Assembly (NCBI RefSeq): GCF_041915145.1
Contig: NZ_JAYSBZ010000003.1
Span: 5,831-69,830, forward strand
Length of the DNA: 64,000 bases
Reading direction: 5' to 3'
Source: Aquabacterium sp.
GTDB taxonomy: Bacteria; Pseudomonadota; Gammaproteobacteria; Burkholderiales; Burkholderiaceae_C
Part shown: positions 17,799 through 31,111 of the stretch, one piece after another
How positions within the stretch are numbered: the first letter of the stretch is position 1
How the letters are laid out: each line of letters opens with the position of its first letter
Program-made: the position numbers and the translations under genes
Notes under the pieces: model-generated
The model's database searches: none
Seen by the model: the letters and a program-made list of their open reading frames with translations, nothing else
What the model was told of the DNA's origin: nothing

Positions 17799-19393
17799 GC
17801 GCCGGCCTCTTGCAGGATCAGGTCGGCGGCTTTCTCGGCGATCATGATCGTCGGCGCGTTGGTGTTGCCGCCGATCAACGTGGGCATGACGGATGCATCC
17901 ACCACCCGCAGCCCGGTCAGGCCGTGCACGCGCAGCCGGGCATCCACCACCGCCATCGGATCCGAGCCCATCTTGCAGGTGCCCACCGGGTGGTAGATGG
18001 TTTCCGCGTGCGAGCGGATGTAGGCCGCGATGGCGTCGTCATCTCGCCGCCGGGCGCCGGGCAGAAGCTCCTCGCCGCGATGCGGGCGCAGCGCCGGCAT
18101 CGACAGGACTTCGCGGCACAGGCGCACGCCGGCGATCATCACCGGCAGATCGCGCGGGTCGCTCAGGTAACGGGGCTGGATGGCTGGCGCCTGGGTGGCG
18201 TCCGGCGAGACCAGGCGGATGTGCCCGTGGCTCCAGGGGCGCAGCTGGCACATGTGCAGGGTGTAGCCGTAGCCCAGAACCTGCCGCGCGCCGTGGTCGC
18301 GCATGATGGCCGGGATGAACTGCAGCTGCACATCGGGCCGCGGCAACTCGGGCGATGTCTTGAGAAACCCGCCGACTTCGACCGGGCCATTGCAGATGAT
18401 GCCGCGGCGGCGCAGGTTGTAGTCCCACAGCGCCTTGATGCCGCGCGGCACCATGGCCAGCCCCAGCCCGTGGGTGCGTTTGGAGACGCAGCGGTGCTGC
18501 ACCATCACGTCGAGATGGTCGAGCAGATGCTTGCCCACCCCGGGCAGCTCGTGGGCCGGCGCCACGCCAGCCTCGCGCAGCTCGGCCCCCGCCCCGATGC
18601 CCGAGAGCATCAGCAACTGCGGCGAGCCGATCGCGCCACCGCTGACGATGACCTCGCGGCGAGCGCGCAGGCTCAGGCGTTGCCCCTCGTGGACGAGATC
18701 GACGCCGGTGGCGCGGCGCCCTTGCAGCTCGATGCGCGTGGTCAGCGCCTTGACGAAGACCCGCAGGTTGGGCCGGTCGCGCGCGGGCTCCAGAAAGGCC
18801 CGGGCCGCGCTGCAGCGCTGGCCGTGGCGACGCGTCATCTGATACCAGCCCCAGCCCTCCTGCTCGGGCCCGTTGAAATCGTCGGTCGGCGCGTGCCCGG
18901 CCTGCAACCCTGCTTCGAGCGCGGCCCGACTCACGTCGTTCACGTCGCCCAGATCGCTGACCGTCAACGGGCCGCTGTCGCCGTGTTGCGCGTCGGCGCC
19001 GCGCAGTTGCCCTTCGGAGCGCCTGAAGTACGGCAGCACTTCGGCGTGGGACCACCCTTCGTTGCCCAAGGCGGCCCAGTCGTCGTAGTCGGTCGGGTGG
19101 CCGCGCGTGTAGAGCATCGCGTTGATCGAGCTGCTGCCGCCGAGCGCCTTGCCGCGCGGCCAGAAGAGGCGCCGCCCGCCCAGCTCGGCTTGCGGCTCGG
19201 TGTGGAAATGCCAGTTGTAGGTCCGCCCGGGCACGAGCAGGGCCAGCCCGAGCGGCGCGCGGATCAGCGGCGAGTCGTCGGGCCCACCGGCCTCGACCAG
19301 CGCCACGCGGCATCGCGGGTCGGCGCTGAGACGGTTGGCCAGCACGCACCCGGCTGATCCGGCCCCGACGATGACGTAATCGAAATCCAGCAA
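17795..19393 (-). CDS. GMC-family FAD oxidoreductase (choline dehydrogenase-like)
   Basis: It has the FAD motif [21 protein letters not shown] and GMC signatures ([14 protein letters not shown]; C-terminal HPVGTCKMG). I prefer the TTG start at 19393, preceded by AGGAG 7 nt upstream. The ORF track extends the ORF to 19516. Confidence 0.85.
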   Translation of the reverse strand: MLDFDYVIVGAGSAGCVLANRLSADPRCRVALVEAGGPDDSPLIRAPLGLALLVPGRTYNWHFHTEPQAELGGRRLFWPRGKALGGSSSINAMLYTRGHPTDYDDWAALGNEGWSHAEVLPYFRRSEGQLRGADAQHGDSGPLTVSDLGDVNDVSRAALEAGLQAGHAPTDDFNGPEQEGWGWYQMTRRHGQRCSAARAFLEPARDRPNLRVFVKALTTRIELQGRRATGVDLVHEGQRLSLRARREVIVSGGAIGSPQLLMLSGIGAGAELREAGVAPAHELPGVGKHLLDHLDVMVQHRCVSKRTHGLGLAMVPRGIKALWDYNLRRRGIICNGPVEVGGFLKTSPELPRPDVQLQFIPAIMRDHGARQVLGYGYTLHMCQLRPWSHGHIRLVSPDATQAPAIQPRYLSDPRDLPVMIAGVRLCREVLSMPALRPHRGEELLPGARRRDDDAIAAYIRSHAETIYHPVGTCKMGSDPMAVVDARLRVHGLTGLRVVDASVMPTLIGGNTNAPTIMIAEKAADLILQEAGA

Positions 19394-19524
19394 AGAAGCG
19401 CTCCTGGGCAGTCCATGATCCGCGTCCGGCTCGACCGCGATCGACACGAACACGGCCGCAACCTTATGGGCTTCGGGTACGCGTCGTCTTGACCTTTTTG
19501 ACGGCGAATTTGACAATTTCGACC

Positions 19525-20562
19525 ATGAAGCCGAGCGAACTCCAGCGTCTGCAAAGGCGCGATGTCGTCCATGGCCGCGTCCCGCTGACCTTCGTCCATT
19601 TGCTGGCGGCCTACCTGCACGAGCGCGGGGTTGCGCTCGACCGCGTGCTCGACAGCCCCTACCGCCAGGCCGCGATCGGCGACCTGGAGCAGTGCCCCGC
19701 CGAGGGCTTCTGCCAGATGCTGCTGCGGGCCGCGGTGCAGCTCGACGACCCCTTGCTGGGGCTGCATCTGGGCCAGAGCGCCCGCATCGCGCAGTTCGGC
19801 GCGCTGGGCTACGTGATGCAGTCGTGCGAGAACCTGGGGCAGGCCTTGATCCGCCTGGAGAAATACCACCGGCTGATCCACGACATCAACCCGATCGAGC
19901 ACCGCGTCGAGGGGCCGAACGTCGAGGTGTGCTGGGGCATCGCCCACGGCAGGCCCGGAGCGCTGTTCGACGAGGCCGGCATCGCGGCCATCGTCAAGCT
20001 GTCGCGCGATCTGTGCGGGCAGGCGCCGCCGCTGGTGCGCGTCGATTTCGTCAACCCGCGGCCCAGCCAGATCCGCCCCTATCAGACCTTCTTCGGCTGC
20101 CCCTTGCGTTTCGACCAGCCCGTGTCGCGCCTGATCTTGCCGCTCGACAGCCTGGGCATGCCGCTGGCCAAGCCAGACCCGATGCTGCGCAAGCTCATGG
20201 AAGACCAGGTCGACTCGGCGCTGTCGCATCTGCCCGAGGCGGGCGATCTGGTCGAGGTGACGCGTCGCCTGGTCGCCAATCTGGCCAAGGACGGCATGCC
20301 CGAGCTGGATCAGGTCGCTCGCGCCATGCGTCTGGGCCCGCGCATGCTGTATCGCCGGCTGGCCGAGCAAGGGCTGAGTTTCAGGAGCCTGCGCGAAGCG
20401 GTGCTGCGGCAGATGGCCGAGCAATACCTGCGCGACCCCAACCTCTCGTTTGCCGACATGGCGCAGCTGCTGGGTTATTCGGACCAGACCGCTTTCACGC
20501 GGGCCGTCAGGCGCTGGACGGGAACCACCCCCACGCGCTGGAGGGCGCTCGGCGGCCGGTGA
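19525..20562 (+). CDS. AraC-family transcriptional regulator
   Basis: The C-terminal AraC HTH is LSFADMAQLLGYSDQTAFTRAVRRWTGTTPTRWR. The start is uncertain: ATG 19525, or the ORF-track start at 19489. Confidence 0.8.
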   Translation: MKPSELQRLQRRDVVHGRVPLTFVHLLAAYLHERGVALDRVLDSPYRQAAIGDLEQCPAEGFCQMLLRAAVQLDDPLLGLHLGQSARIAQFGALGYVMQSCENLGQALIRLEKYHRLIHDINPIEHRVEGPNVEVCWGIAHGRPGALFDEAGIAAIVKLSRDLCGQAPPLVRVDFVNPRPSQIRPYQTFFGCPLRFDQPVSRLILPLDSLGMPLAKPDPMLRKLMEDQVDSALSHLPEAGDLVEVTRRLVANLAKDGMPELDQVARAMRLGPRMLYRRLAEQGLSFRSLREAVLRQMAEQYLRDPNLSFADMAQLLGYSDQTAFTRAVRRWTGTTPTRWRALGGR

Positions 20563-20595
20563 CGCCAACTCGACGACCCGGCCGCGCGCCCGCGC

Positions 20596-21366
20596 TCAGG
20601 CTGCGGGCTTGCGCGAGCCCTTGTCCGCCAGCATGGCCCGCACGCCATGGCGAACGGCGTAGGCCAGATCGAGCGGAATCGACCATCGAATGCGGCGGAT
20701 GACGCTGGCGCGCACGGCACGCTTGGTCGCGGCATGGGCGCGCATGTCGAGCTTGCCCAGCTGCCGCGCGAGTTGATACGCCCGGGGCAGCAGATCGGGC
20801 GCATCGACCAGCTCGTCGAAGAACCCGGCCGCCAGCGCTTCTTCGGTGGAGAAACACTTGGCCAGGTTGACCGCCGACTGGAACGCGTGGGGCGCCAGAC
20901 GCTGCCGCAGCACGGCCGCCCCCACGCGAGGCATGTTCATGCCGAGCTCCACCTCGTTGGCCGAGATGCGGCCGTCGCCGCGCGTGCCGATCACGTAGTC
21001 GCCCGACACCATCAAGAAGACCCCCATGGCCAGCGAGTGCCCGTTGCACGCCATCACCACCGGGTAGGGGTGCGCCAGCAGCCGCGCCGTCAACGAATAC
21101 CCGGCGACGAGCATTCCCAGCCCGCGCCACCCGCCGGCCTTGACGATCTTCAGGTCGTATCCCGCCGAGAACGTCCCCTCGCGGCCCGTGATCACCACCG
21201 GCACCCGATCGGCCAAGGCGCGATCCAGCGCGGCGTTCAGCCCGGCCAGACGCTCGGGCGGCAACGCGTTGCGCTTGCCGTCGTCCATCTGGATGACCGC
21301 CACGCCGTCTTGCAGCGAGTAAGACACGCAGGTATTGCTTTGATTCGCCATGGTTTCCTCAGTCAT
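20596..21366 (-). CDS. Enoyl-CoA hydratase/isomerase (crotonase) family protein
   Basis: It has a crotonase-like pattern: VAVIQMDDGKRNAL...VVITGREGTFSAGYDL...ACNGHSLAMG. Confidence 0.8.
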   Translation of the reverse strand: MTEETMANQSNTCVSYSLQDGVAVIQMDDGKRNALPPERLAGLNAALDRALADRVPVVITGREGTFSAGYDLKIVKAGGWRGLGMLVAGYSLTARLLAHPYPVVMACNGHSLAMGVFLMVSGDYVIGTRGDGRISANEVELGMNMPRVGAAVLRQRLAPHAFQSAVNLAKCFSTEEALAAGFFDELVDAPDLLPRAYQLARQLGKLDMRAHAATKRAVRASVIRRIRWSIPLDLAYAVRHGVRAMLADKGSRKPAA

Positions 21367-21416
21367 GCCTCATGTTGCTTGATTCTTGTCTCTGGTCTTT
21401 GCGTCGCGCGACGCCA

Positions 21417-23597
<2,181 letters not shown>

Positions 23598-25892
23598 TCA
23601 AGCCGCCTGACGCAAGGCGCGGGCCGCCGCCACCATGTTCGCCAAGGCCGGGATCACCTCGGCCCACTGACGGGTCTTCAAGCCGCAGTCGGGATTGACC
23701 CACAAGCGTTCGGCCGGGATGCGCTCGGCGGCCTTCTTCATCAGGTGCACGATGTGCTCTTGCGTCGGGATGTTCGGCGAGTGGATGTCGTACACGCCCG
23801 GGCCGATCTCGTTGGGGTAGTTGAAGTGGTCGAACGCATCGAGCAGCTCCATGTCGGAGCGCGAGGTCTCGATGGTGATCACGTCGGCATCCATGTCGGC
23901 GATGGCCTGGATGATGTCGTTGAACTCCGAGTAGCACATGTGGGTGTGGATCTGCGTCTCGTCGGCCACGCCGTTGGCGGCGATGCGAAACGACGCCACG
24001 GCCCAGTCCAGATACACAGGCCATTGAGCCTTGCGCAAGGGCAGGCCTTCGCGCAGCGCGGCCTCGTCGATCTGGATCACGCGCACGCCAGCCTTTTCGA
24101 GATCCAGCACCTCTTCTCGAATGGCCAGGGCCAGTTGGTAGCACGACACCGAACGCGGTTGGTCGTCACGCACGAACGACCAATTCAAGATCGTGACCGG
24201 GCCGGTCAGCATGCCCTTCATCGGACGCGAGGTGAGCGACTGCGCATACCGGCTCCAGACAACAGTCATCGGCTGGGGGCGGCTGATGTCGCCGAACAAG
24301 ATGGGCGGCTTCACGCAGCGCGAACCGTAAGACTGCACCCAGCCGAACTGGCTGAAGGCATAGCCGTCGAGCTGCTCGCCGAAGTACTCGACCATGTCGT
24401 TGCGTTCGGCTTCGCCGTGCACCAGCACGTCCAGCCCCAGCGCCTCTTGCTCGCGCACGCTGCGCGCGATCTCGGCTTGCATCGCGGTTTGGTAGCCGGC
24501 TTCGTCAAGCCGCCCCGCCTTGTACTCGCTGCGCGCATGCCGAATCTCTGCCGTTTGCGGGAACGAGCCGATGGTGGTGGTCGGGTAGGCCGGCAGCTTC
24601 AGCCAGGCGGCCTGCTTGGCGGCGCGTTGGGCGTGGGGGCTCTTGCGCTGGCCCAGCTCGGCAGTCAGCTGGGCCACCACCGCCTGGACCGCCGGGTTGT
24701 GCACGCGCCGCGAGTTGCGGCGAGCCTGAATCGCGGCCTGGTTGGCGTCGAGCTCGGTCTGCACCGCCGAGCGGCCGAGCTTCAGGGCGGTGGCCAGCAC
24801 CTGCAGCTCGTCCAACTTCTGCACGGCGAAAGCGAGCCACGACTTCACGTCGGCGTCCATCAGCTGCTCGCTGTTCAGATCGACCGGCACATGCAGCAGC
24901 GAACACGACGGCGCCATCCACAAGCGCTCGCCCAGGCGCGCGGCCAGGGGTTCCAGCCAACCGAGTGTCGCGATGAGATCGGTCTTCCAGATGTTGCGCC
25001 CGTTGATCACCCCCAACGACAACACCTTGTGCGTGGGCAGCAGGTTGAGCAAGGGCAGGACGTCGTCGCGCCCGCTGATCGCGTCCAGGTGCAGGCCCGC
25101 CACGGGCAGGTTGGCGGCCAGATAGAGGTTCTCGGCCAGCGGGCCGAAGTACGTAGTCAGCAGCAGCTTGACGCGGCAGCTCTTGAGGTGGTGATAGGCC
25201 AGGTTGAAGGCGTGTTGCCACTCGGCAGCCAGCTCGGTCACCAGGATGGGCTCGTCCACCTGCACCCACTCCACGCCCTGCGCGGCCAGCGCGTCCAGCA
25301 GCTCCGCGTAAACGGGCAGCAGCCGCTCCAGCAAGGCCAGCTTGTCAGACGCGTCCTTGGCCTTGCCCAGCGCCAGATACGTCACCGGGCCGATGATCAC
25401 GGGCTTGGCGTTCAAGCCTTGCTGCCGCGCCTCGGCCAGTTGGCTCAGCAGACGCGAGGCATCGAGCTGAAAGGTGGTTGTCGCCGAGAACTCGGGGACG
25501 ATGTAGTGGTAGTTGGTGTCGAACCACTTGGTCATCTCACCCGCTGCGACCCCGCCGCCACAACAGCCGGCATGGGCTTCGGCCGTTTGAGCCGACCGAC
25601 CGCGCGCGACGCGAAAGTAGTTGTCGAGCACGTCGCCATGAAAGCCCCGCACACGCTCAGGCAGGTTGCCCAGCGTGAAACTCATGTCGAGCATCTGGTC
25701 GTAGAACGAAAAGTCGCCTACCGGTGTGAGATCGAGTCCGGCCTGATCGGCCCAGTGGCGTTGGCGCAGCCGCGCCCCCAAGAGCAGCAAGTCATCACGG
25801 GTGGACGCGCCTTTCCAGTAGGACTCCAGCGCGAACTTCAATTCACGCTGCGCGCCAATGCGAGGGAAGCCGAGGTTGTGTGTCGTGGTCAT
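23598..25892 (-). CDS. metE: Cobalamin-independent methionine synthase
   Basis: It reads [28 protein letters not shown]... with the C-terminal motifs [10 protein letters not shown] and [10 protein letters not shown] set the start at ATG 25892. Confidence 0.95.
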   Translation of the reverse strand: MTTTHNLGFPRIGAQRELKFALESYWKGASTRDDLLLLGARLRQRHWADQAGLDLTPVGDFSFYDQMLDMSFTLGNLPERVRGFHGDVLDNYFRVARGRSAQTAEAHAGCCGGGVAAGEMTKWFDTNYHYIVPEFSATTTFQLDASRLLSQLAEARQQGLNAKPVIIGPVTYLALGKAKDASDKLALLERLLPVYAELLDALAAQGVEWVQVDEPILVTELAAEWQHAFNLAYHHLKSCRVKLLLTTYFGPLAENLYLAANLPVAGLHLDAISGRDDVLPLLNLLPTHKVLSLGVINGRNIWKTDLIATLGWLEPLAARLGERLWMAPSCSLLHVPVDLNSEQLMDADVKSWLAFAVQKLDELQVLATALKLGRSAVQTELDANQAAIQARRNSRRVHNPAVQAVVAQLTAELGQRKSPHAQRAAKQAAWLKLPAYPTTTIGSFPQTAEIRHARSEYKAGRLDEAGYQTAMQAEIARSVREQEALGLDVLVHGEAERNDMVEYFGEQLDGYAFSQFGWVQSYGSRCVKPPILFGDISRPQPMTVVWSRYAQSLTSRPMKGMLTGPVTILNWSFVRDDQPRSVSCYQLALAIREEVLDLEKAGVRVIQIDEAALREGLPLRKAQWPVYLDWAVASFRIAANGVADETQIHTHMCYSEFNDIIQAIADMDADVITIETSRSDMELLDAFDHFNYPNEIGPGVYDIHSPNIPTQEHIVHLMKKAAERIPAERLWVNPDCGLKTRQWAEVIPALANMVAAARALRQAA

Positions 25893-25996
25893 GAGCAATG
25901 CGATAGCTGTTTCAACAATGAACGCAAGGCTACGCACGCACACCCATGAAGTAAAATGGTATTAATTCAACAATCAATGAAATCCACTCATTCATC

Positions 25997-26890
25997 ATGT
26001 TGGAGCGCATGCACCTGGCCATCGTGCAAGAGGTCGAAAAGCAAGGCTCGTTGACCGCCGCCGCCGAGGTGTTGTGCCTCACGCAGTCGGCGCTCAGCCA
26101 CTCGATGAAGAAGCTTGAGCAGCAATTGGGCATCGACATCTGGTTGCGCGAAGGCCGCAGCCTGCGGCTGACGCAGGCGGGGCAATACGTGCTGGCGGTG
26201 GCCAACCGGGTGCTGCCGCAACTGGCTCTGGCCGAAGAACGCCTGCACCAGTTCGCGCAGGGCGAACGCGGCACGCTGCGCATCGGCATGGAATGCCACC
26301 CTTGCTACCAGTGGCTGCTGAAGATCGTCTCGCCATACCTTGCAGCGTGGCCCGACGTCGATGTGGACGTGAAGCAGAAGTTTCAGTTCGGCGGCATCGG
26401 CGCGCTGTTCGGCTATGAGATCGACCTGCTGGTGACGCCCGACCCGCTGCACAAGCCGGGGCTGCACTTCGAGCCGGTGTTCGACTACGAGCAGGTGCTG
26501 GTGGTGAACCGCGACCATCCCCTGGCCGACGCGGGCTACATCAAACCGAGGCAGTTGACTGGCGAGGTGCTCATCACGTATCCCGTGCCCACCGACCGGC
26601 TCGACATCTACACCCGGTTCCTGATGCCAGCCGGCATCTCACCCCGGCGGCACAAGGCCATCGAGACCACCGACATCATGTTGCAGATGGTCGCCAGCGG
26701 CCGGGGCGTGGCCGCGCTGCCGCGCTGGCTGGTGCAGGAATACGCCAAGAAGATGGGCCTCGTGGCCGTTCGCCTGGGGCCGCGCGGCATAGGCAAGCAA
26801 ATACACCTGGGCGCCCGCGAGGCGGATCTCGACATCGACTACCTCCAGGCCTTCATCGACCTGGCGCGACGCTCGGCCCGGCAGCCTTAG
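25997..26890 (+). CDS. metR: LysR-family regulator, MetR-like (divergent from metE)
   Basis: It has an N-terminal LysR HTH (LAIVQEVEKQGSLTAAAEVLCLTQSALSHSMKKLEQQLG) and is arranged divergently from metE. Confidence 0.85.
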   Translation: MLERMHLAIVQEVEKQGSLTAAAEVLCLTQSALSHSMKKLEQQLGIDIWLREGRSLRLTQAGQYVLAVANRVLPQLALAEERLHQFAQGERGTLRIGMECHPCYQWLLKIVSPYLAAWPDVDVDVKQKFQFGGIGALFGYEIDLLVTPDPLHKPGLHFEPVFDYEQVLVVNRDHPLADAGYIKPRQLTGEVLITYPVPTDRLDIYTRFLMPAGISPRRHKAIETTDIMLQMVASGRGVAALPRWLVQEYAKKMGLVAVRLGPRGIGKQIHLGAREADLDIDYLQAFIDLARRSARQP

Positions 26891-26896
26891 CCTGGT

Positions 26897-27313
26897 CTAC
26901 CGACACCCCTCGTCCGTCGCAGTCAGTTGCGGCCCGATGAGCGGGTAGCGCCACATCTGACCAGCCATCGCCTTGGCCAGCGCGAACATGCCGCACAGCA
27001 CCAACGCGCCGTGGATGCAGACGAAATAGGTGAGCACGACCACCCATGTCCACGGCCAATGCAGCCCACCGAGGGCAACCAGGCCGGCCGACAGGCACAC
27101 GATCAACCCGCCGCCGACCACGCTGACGTAGGTGGCCTGACGCAAATGCTGACGCGCCAGCGGCGGCGCGGCGTCCTTGTGCCTGAACCACAGCCAGACC
27201 AGCGCCGCGAAGGCGATGCCGGGCGCCAGCAACAGATTGGCGAGGTACAGCGCTTCGGCAATCACCGCCAAACGCTGACCGTCGGGTTCGGCTGCCCCAG
27301 CCATGGCATTCAT
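26897..27313 (-). CDS. Membrane protein, unknown function
   Basis: A 138-aa protein with 3-4 hydrophobic helices and high GC3. Confidence 0.6.
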   Translation of the reverse strand: MNAMAGAAEPDGQRLAVIAEALYLANLLLAPGIAFAALVWLWFRHKDAAPPLARQHLRQATYVSVVGGGLIVCLSAGLVALGGLHWPWTWVVVLTYFVCIHGALVLCGMFALAKAMAGQMWRYPLIGPQLTATDEGCR

Positions 27314-27332
27314 GCGTTTGAACGCCAGCGCC

Positions 27333-27569
27333 TCAGCACCGACCCGAGCGCCGGCTGCGCGGCTGCAGCTTGTCGAGCTCGGCCAGTTGCTGCCTGAGCA
27401 GGATCAGCAAGGTGCGCGCGTCGTCCACCGGCAGCGACAGGCAACTGGTGACGCCATCGTCGTCTCGCGCCGAACGCGGCTGCACCAGCACGTCCACGCC
27501 GAGCTCGATCAGGCCCTTGAAATGCCTGGCTGATTTCAGGCGCTGGATTTCGATGTCGTAAGTCTTCAT
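27333..27569 (-). CDS. Hypothetical small protein (78 aa)
   Basis: It has an ATG start and codon usage consistent with the host. No family recognised. Confidence 0.45.
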   Translation of the reverse strand: MKTYDIEIQRLKSARHFKGLIELGVDVLVQPRSARDDDGVTSCLSLPVDDARTLLILLRQQLAELDKLQPRSRRSGRC

Positions 27570-27650
27570 GTGCGTTCTCTCGCGTCGCTAGCCACACAGG
27601 ATTGTCGGCGCAACACCTGCCAGCCGGCAACGCAACCTGCCAACGCACGA

Positions 27651-29177
27651 TCAACTGCCCATCGCCATCCGCGCCGCGCCCATTCGGGCAACCATGGCGG
27701 GCGCAGCCGGCTCGAAGCGCAGACAGGGGTCTTCGACCGGGCCGTCGCGCAGGATCTTGATGTCGTTGAGGTAGTGCATCTGCATGATCCAGGGCGCGCC
27801 CTCGGTGCCCTGGCGCGGCAGGTGGTCGAGCATGCGCTGCACGTAGCCGGCGCCGAAGTTCAGCAGGGGTTGGGTCGGCATGTCGGACGTGGGCAGCTGC
27901 GGCGTGCAGACCGCGTGGCCGCGCTGATCCATGTGCGCCAGCAGGCGGCAGAAGTGCTCGCCCACCAGGCCCACCTTGAGCGTCCACGACGAGTTGGTGT
28001 AGCCGATCATGAAGGCGAAGTTGGGCAGGCCCGACAGCATCATCCCCTTGAAGGCCACGCACTTCGACATGTCCACCGGCTTGCCGTCGAGCGAGATCTC
28101 GATGCCGCCGAACACCTGCAGGTTGAAGCCGGTGGCCGGCACCACGATGTCAGCCGGCAGCTCCTGGCCCGACTTCAGGCGGATGCCCGTTTCGGTGAAG
28201 GTCTCGATGTGGTCGGTCACCACCGAAGCCTTGCCCTGTTTGATGGCCTTGAACATGTCGCCATCGGGCACGGCGCACAGGCGCTGATCCCACGGGTTGT
28301 AGGGCGGCTTGAAGTGCGTGTCGACCGGGTAGCCATCAGGCAGCATCTTCTTGTTGCCCAGCCGGATCAGCCAGCGCATGAAGTTCGGATAGGTCTGGCA
28401 CAGGTGATACGACACGCGCTGGATGCGGATGTTCTTGTAGCGCGTGGCGGCGTACGCCCACTTGGCAGGCAGCACCTTGTTGAACAGGTTGGCGATGGGG
28501 TCGGCCCCCGGCAACGACACCACATAGGTCGGCGTGCGCTGCAGCATGGTCACGTGCTGCGCCTGCTCGGCCAGCGCGGGCAGCAGCGTGACCGCAGTGG
28601 CGCCGCTGCCGATGATCACGACGCGCTTGTTGCGGTAGTCGAGCTGCTCGGGCCACTGCTGCGGGTGCACGACCGGCCCCTTGAAGCGCTCGAGGCCCGG
28701 GAACGCCGGCATGTAGCCCTGGTCGTAACGGTAGTAGCCCGACGCGGCAAAGAGCCACGCGCAGGTCAGCTTTTTGCGCTCGCCGTCTTGCAATTCGACC
28801 TCGACCGTCCAGCGCGCGTCTGGGCTCGACCACGCGGCGCTGCGCACCTTGTGGCCGTAGCGGATCTTGCGGTCAATGCCGTCCTCGGCAGCCGCCTCGC
28901 GCAGGTACGCCATGATCTCGTCGCCCCCGGCAATGGCCCGACGGCTGCGCCAGGGCTTGAACTCGAAGGCGTAGGTGTGCAGATCGGAATCGGAGCGGAT
29001 GCCGGGGTAGCGGAACAGGTCCCACGTGCCGCCCAGCGACTGCCGGGATTCGAGGATCGCGTAACGCTTGCCGGGCAACTGCTTCTGCAGATAGTGCGCG
29101 AGGCCGATGCCGGAGATGCCGGCGCCGACGATCAGCACGTCGACATGTTCTGCGGATTCAATGGGATGCACTGCCAC
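27651..29177 (-). CDS. Flavin-containing (Baeyer-Villiger-type) monooxygenase
   Basis: It has the motifs VDVLIVGAGISGIG (FAD), a BVMO-like fingerprint (FEFKPWRSRRAIAGG) and VVIIGSGATAV (NADP). I chose the GTG start at 29177, which has GGAGGA 8 nt upstream. Confidence 0.85.
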   Translation of the reverse strand: MAVHPIESAEHVDVLIVGAGISGIGLAHYLQKQLPGKRYAILESRQSLGGTWDLFRYPGIRSDSDLHTYAFEFKPWRSRRAIAGGDEIMAYLREAAAEDGIDRKIRYGHKVRSAAWSSPDARWTVEVELQDGERKKLTCAWLFAASGYYRYDQGYMPAFPGLERFKGPVVHPQQWPEQLDYRNKRVVIIGSGATAVTLLPALAEQAQHVTMLQRTPTYVVSLPGADPIANLFNKVLPAKWAYAATRYKNIRIQRVSYHLCQTYPNFMRWLIRLGNKKMLPDGYPVDTHFKPPYNPWDQRLCAVPDGDMFKAIKQGKASVVTDHIETFTETGIRLKSGQELPADIVVPATGFNLQVFGGIEISLDGKPVDMSKCVAFKGMMLSGLPNFAFMIGYTNSSWTLKVGLVGEHFCRLLAHMDQRGHAVCTPQLPTSDMPTQPLLNFGAGYVQRMLDHLPRQGTEGAPWIMQMHYLNDIKILRDGPVEDPCLRFEPAAPAMVARMGAARMAMGS

Positions 29178-29379
29178 GTGAAGATCCTCCAAACGCGCAA
29201 GAGCCGCGACAACTGCAGCTTGGCGCACCATTACGCACCATTACGCACCAAAACCGCCCCGGCTCACGGGCACGCGCGCCCCGGAATTTCCCTAGCCGCC
29301 CCGGCGTCACACCCGCTTTGCGCAGGCGGCGGCCCAACCGGCCCGCCCCGCCAAAACCGTGCCCTAAACTTGCCGGCAC

Positions 29380-30285
29380 ATGAAGAGCAAGCCCAACGCT
29401 GCCGCTCCAGCGCGCGGCGCCACCTCAGCCGATCACGCACCCCCCGCCGCGCTGCGCGCCCACGACGACACCCGGCTGCACGTGCATCACTGGCCCGTCG
29501 ATCGCCCCAAGGGCACGGTGCAGCTGATCCATGGCATGGGCGAACATGCCGGGCGCTTCGACGAACTGGCCCGCTTGTTGAACCAGGCCGGCTGGGCCGC
29601 CGCCGCCATCGACCACCGCGGACACGGCCGCTCCGAAGGCCCACGCGGCGCGCTCAAGCATGCACACGATCTGCTGCACGACCAGGCCTTGCTCTACGAC
29701 GCCATCGCCCGCGCCTACCCCGACCGGCCGCGCGTCGTGCTCGGGTCGAGCATGGGGGGCGCCGTTGCGGCCCGCCTGAGTTGCTCGCTGTCAGCGGCCG
29801 AGGCGGGCGAACCGTGGGCGCGCCCGTTGCACGGCGCGATCCTGGCCGCACCGGCGCTGCAGCCCACCATGAGCATCACCCAGCGCGCGCTGCTGTCGTC
29901 GCTCGGTCGCCTGGTGCCGGACCTGGCCGTGCCGGCGGGCTTTCGCCACGAATGGATCACGACCAACCCCGACGTGCTGCACGAGATCGCAACCGACCCG
30001 CTGCTGCATGAGCAACTCACGCCGCGCCTCGCGCAATTTCTGCTCGACTCGGGCGAAGCGGTGTTTGCACGCGCCAAACAATGGACGGTGCCCACGCTGA
30101 TGCTCTATTCCACCGCCGACCGGCTCGTGATGGCGGCGGGCTGCGAGCGCTTCGTCCGCCAGGCCCCCGCCAGCCTGGTGCGCGCGCACGTCTACGACCA
30201 TCTGGCCCACGACCTACTGCACGAGCCCGACCGCCAGCGCGTGTTCGCCCACCTGCTGGGCTGGCTCGCCGCGCTGAAGGTATAG
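29380..30285 (+). CDS. Alpha/beta hydrolase (lysophospholipase/monoacylglycerol lipase-like)
   Basis: It has an HG oxyanion motif (VQLIHGMGEHAGRF), a nucleophile elbow (LGSSMGG) and a C-terminal HDLLHE. Confidence 0.8.
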   Translation: MKSKPNAAAPARGATSADHAPPAALRAHDDTRLHVHHWPVDRPKGTVQLIHGMGEHAGRFDELARLLNQAGWAAAAIDHRGHGRSEGPRGALKHAHDLLHDQALLYDAIARAYPDRPRVVLGSSMGGAVAARLSCSLSAAEAGEPWARPLHGAILAAPALQPTMSITQRALLSSLGRLVPDLAVPAGFRHEWITTNPDVLHEIATDPLLHEQLTPRLAQFLLDSGEAVFARAKQWTVPTLMLYSTADRLVMAAGCERFVRQAPASLVRAHVYDHLAHDLLHEPDRQRVFAHLLGWLAALKV

Positions 30286-30287
30286 AC

Positions 30288-30893
30288 ATGGTGCAGCAAC
30301 CCCACGAGACGCCGACCACGCGCACGCTCTTGCTGCAAGCCGCGGCGGCCGAGTTCATCGAATTCGGCTTTGGCGCCACCGACACCAACCGCATCGCCCG
30401 GCGCGCGGGCTTTGCCCCGCAAACCTTCTATCGCTGGTTTACCGACAAGGCCGAGATCTTCATCGAGGTGCTCGGCATCTGGGAAGAAGCCGAGCACGCC
30501 ATCCTCGAAACCATCTTTCTGCAGCCGCCGCTGCCCAGCGAAGAACTGGCCGAAGCCTGCGTCGAAAGCACGCGGTCCTTCTTGATCTTCCGGCGCAACC
30601 TGCGCGCCTTGTCGATCGACCACCCGCAGATCCGCCAAGCCCGCGCCGCCGGCCGCAAACGGCTGCTGCGCCAGCTCAGCCAGTGGAACCCTCACATCGA
30701 CGCCGAAGAGCTCGCCTCGCTGCTGATTCAGTTCGAGCGGCTCTGCGAAGCCTTGGCCGAAGGCGAGTTCGAAGACCTGGGCCTGAGCGGCCGCGCCTCG
30801 CTTAAGGCGCTGGCCCGCATCATCGATGCGATGCGGCATGCGCCAGATGGGCCGAAGAAGAAGCGGGTGGCGGCCAAGAGGGTGCCGCGCTGA
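30288..30893 (+). CDS. TetR-family transcriptional regulator
   Basis: ATG 30288 lies 2 nt after the hydrolase stop. The TetR HTH is LLQAAAAEFIEFGFGATDTNRIARRAGFAPQTFYRWF. Confidence 0.85.
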   Translation: MVQQPHETPTTRTLLLQAAAAEFIEFGFGATDTNRIARRAGFAPQTFYRWFTDKAEIFIEVLGIWEEAEHAILETIFLQPPLPSEELAEACVESTRSFLIFRRNLRALSIDHPQIRQARAAGRKRLLRQLSQWNPHIDAEELASLLIQFERLCEALAEGEFEDLGLSGRASLKALARIIDAMRHAPDGPKKKRVAAKRVPR

Positions 30894-31111
30894 GGGGATT
30901 GGCTGCTGATGCGACAGAGCGGCTGGGGCTGCTGTCAAAAGCAGACACATCTTGGCAATCACTATCAGGCCTCACATCACGCAACCGTCGAGACGACGCC
31001 CGAATCTAAAGATTACATAGCGCGGCCCGCTGCTAAGGACGACGTTGGCTCACATAATTAAAGTAGCAGCGGAGTCTGCTGACCTCGTGAAAAAACCTGA
31101 AGGCCCAAAAC

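Noticed and set aside
17777-19357. A 526-aa plus-strand ORF antisense to the GMC oxidoreductase gene. Similar long mirror ORFs include 21372..23462, 23481..25949, 27570..30011, 41019..43187, 42967..45336, 45773..47368, 52691..54451 and 59421..61526.
   Set aside because: Their translations are Arg/Ala/Gly/Pro-rich low-complexity strings with no motifs. Each lies exactly opposite a gene with clear family signatures. This is a typical artefact of stop-codon-poor high-GC DNA.
19470-19530. Three TTGAC motifs at about 10-11-bp spacing in the GMC/AraC divergent region.
   Set aside because: They could be a -35 element or AraC half-sites. However, short TTGAC repeats are expected by chance in promoter DNA, and there is no supporting symmetry or conservation data.
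25893-25996. Possible cobalamin riboswitch or long leader upstream of metE.
   Set aside because: The metE-metR intergenic region is only 104 bp, too short for a B12 riboswitch. The divergent MetR arrangement explains the regulation. I could not confidently pick a TGAA-N5-TTCA MetR site.
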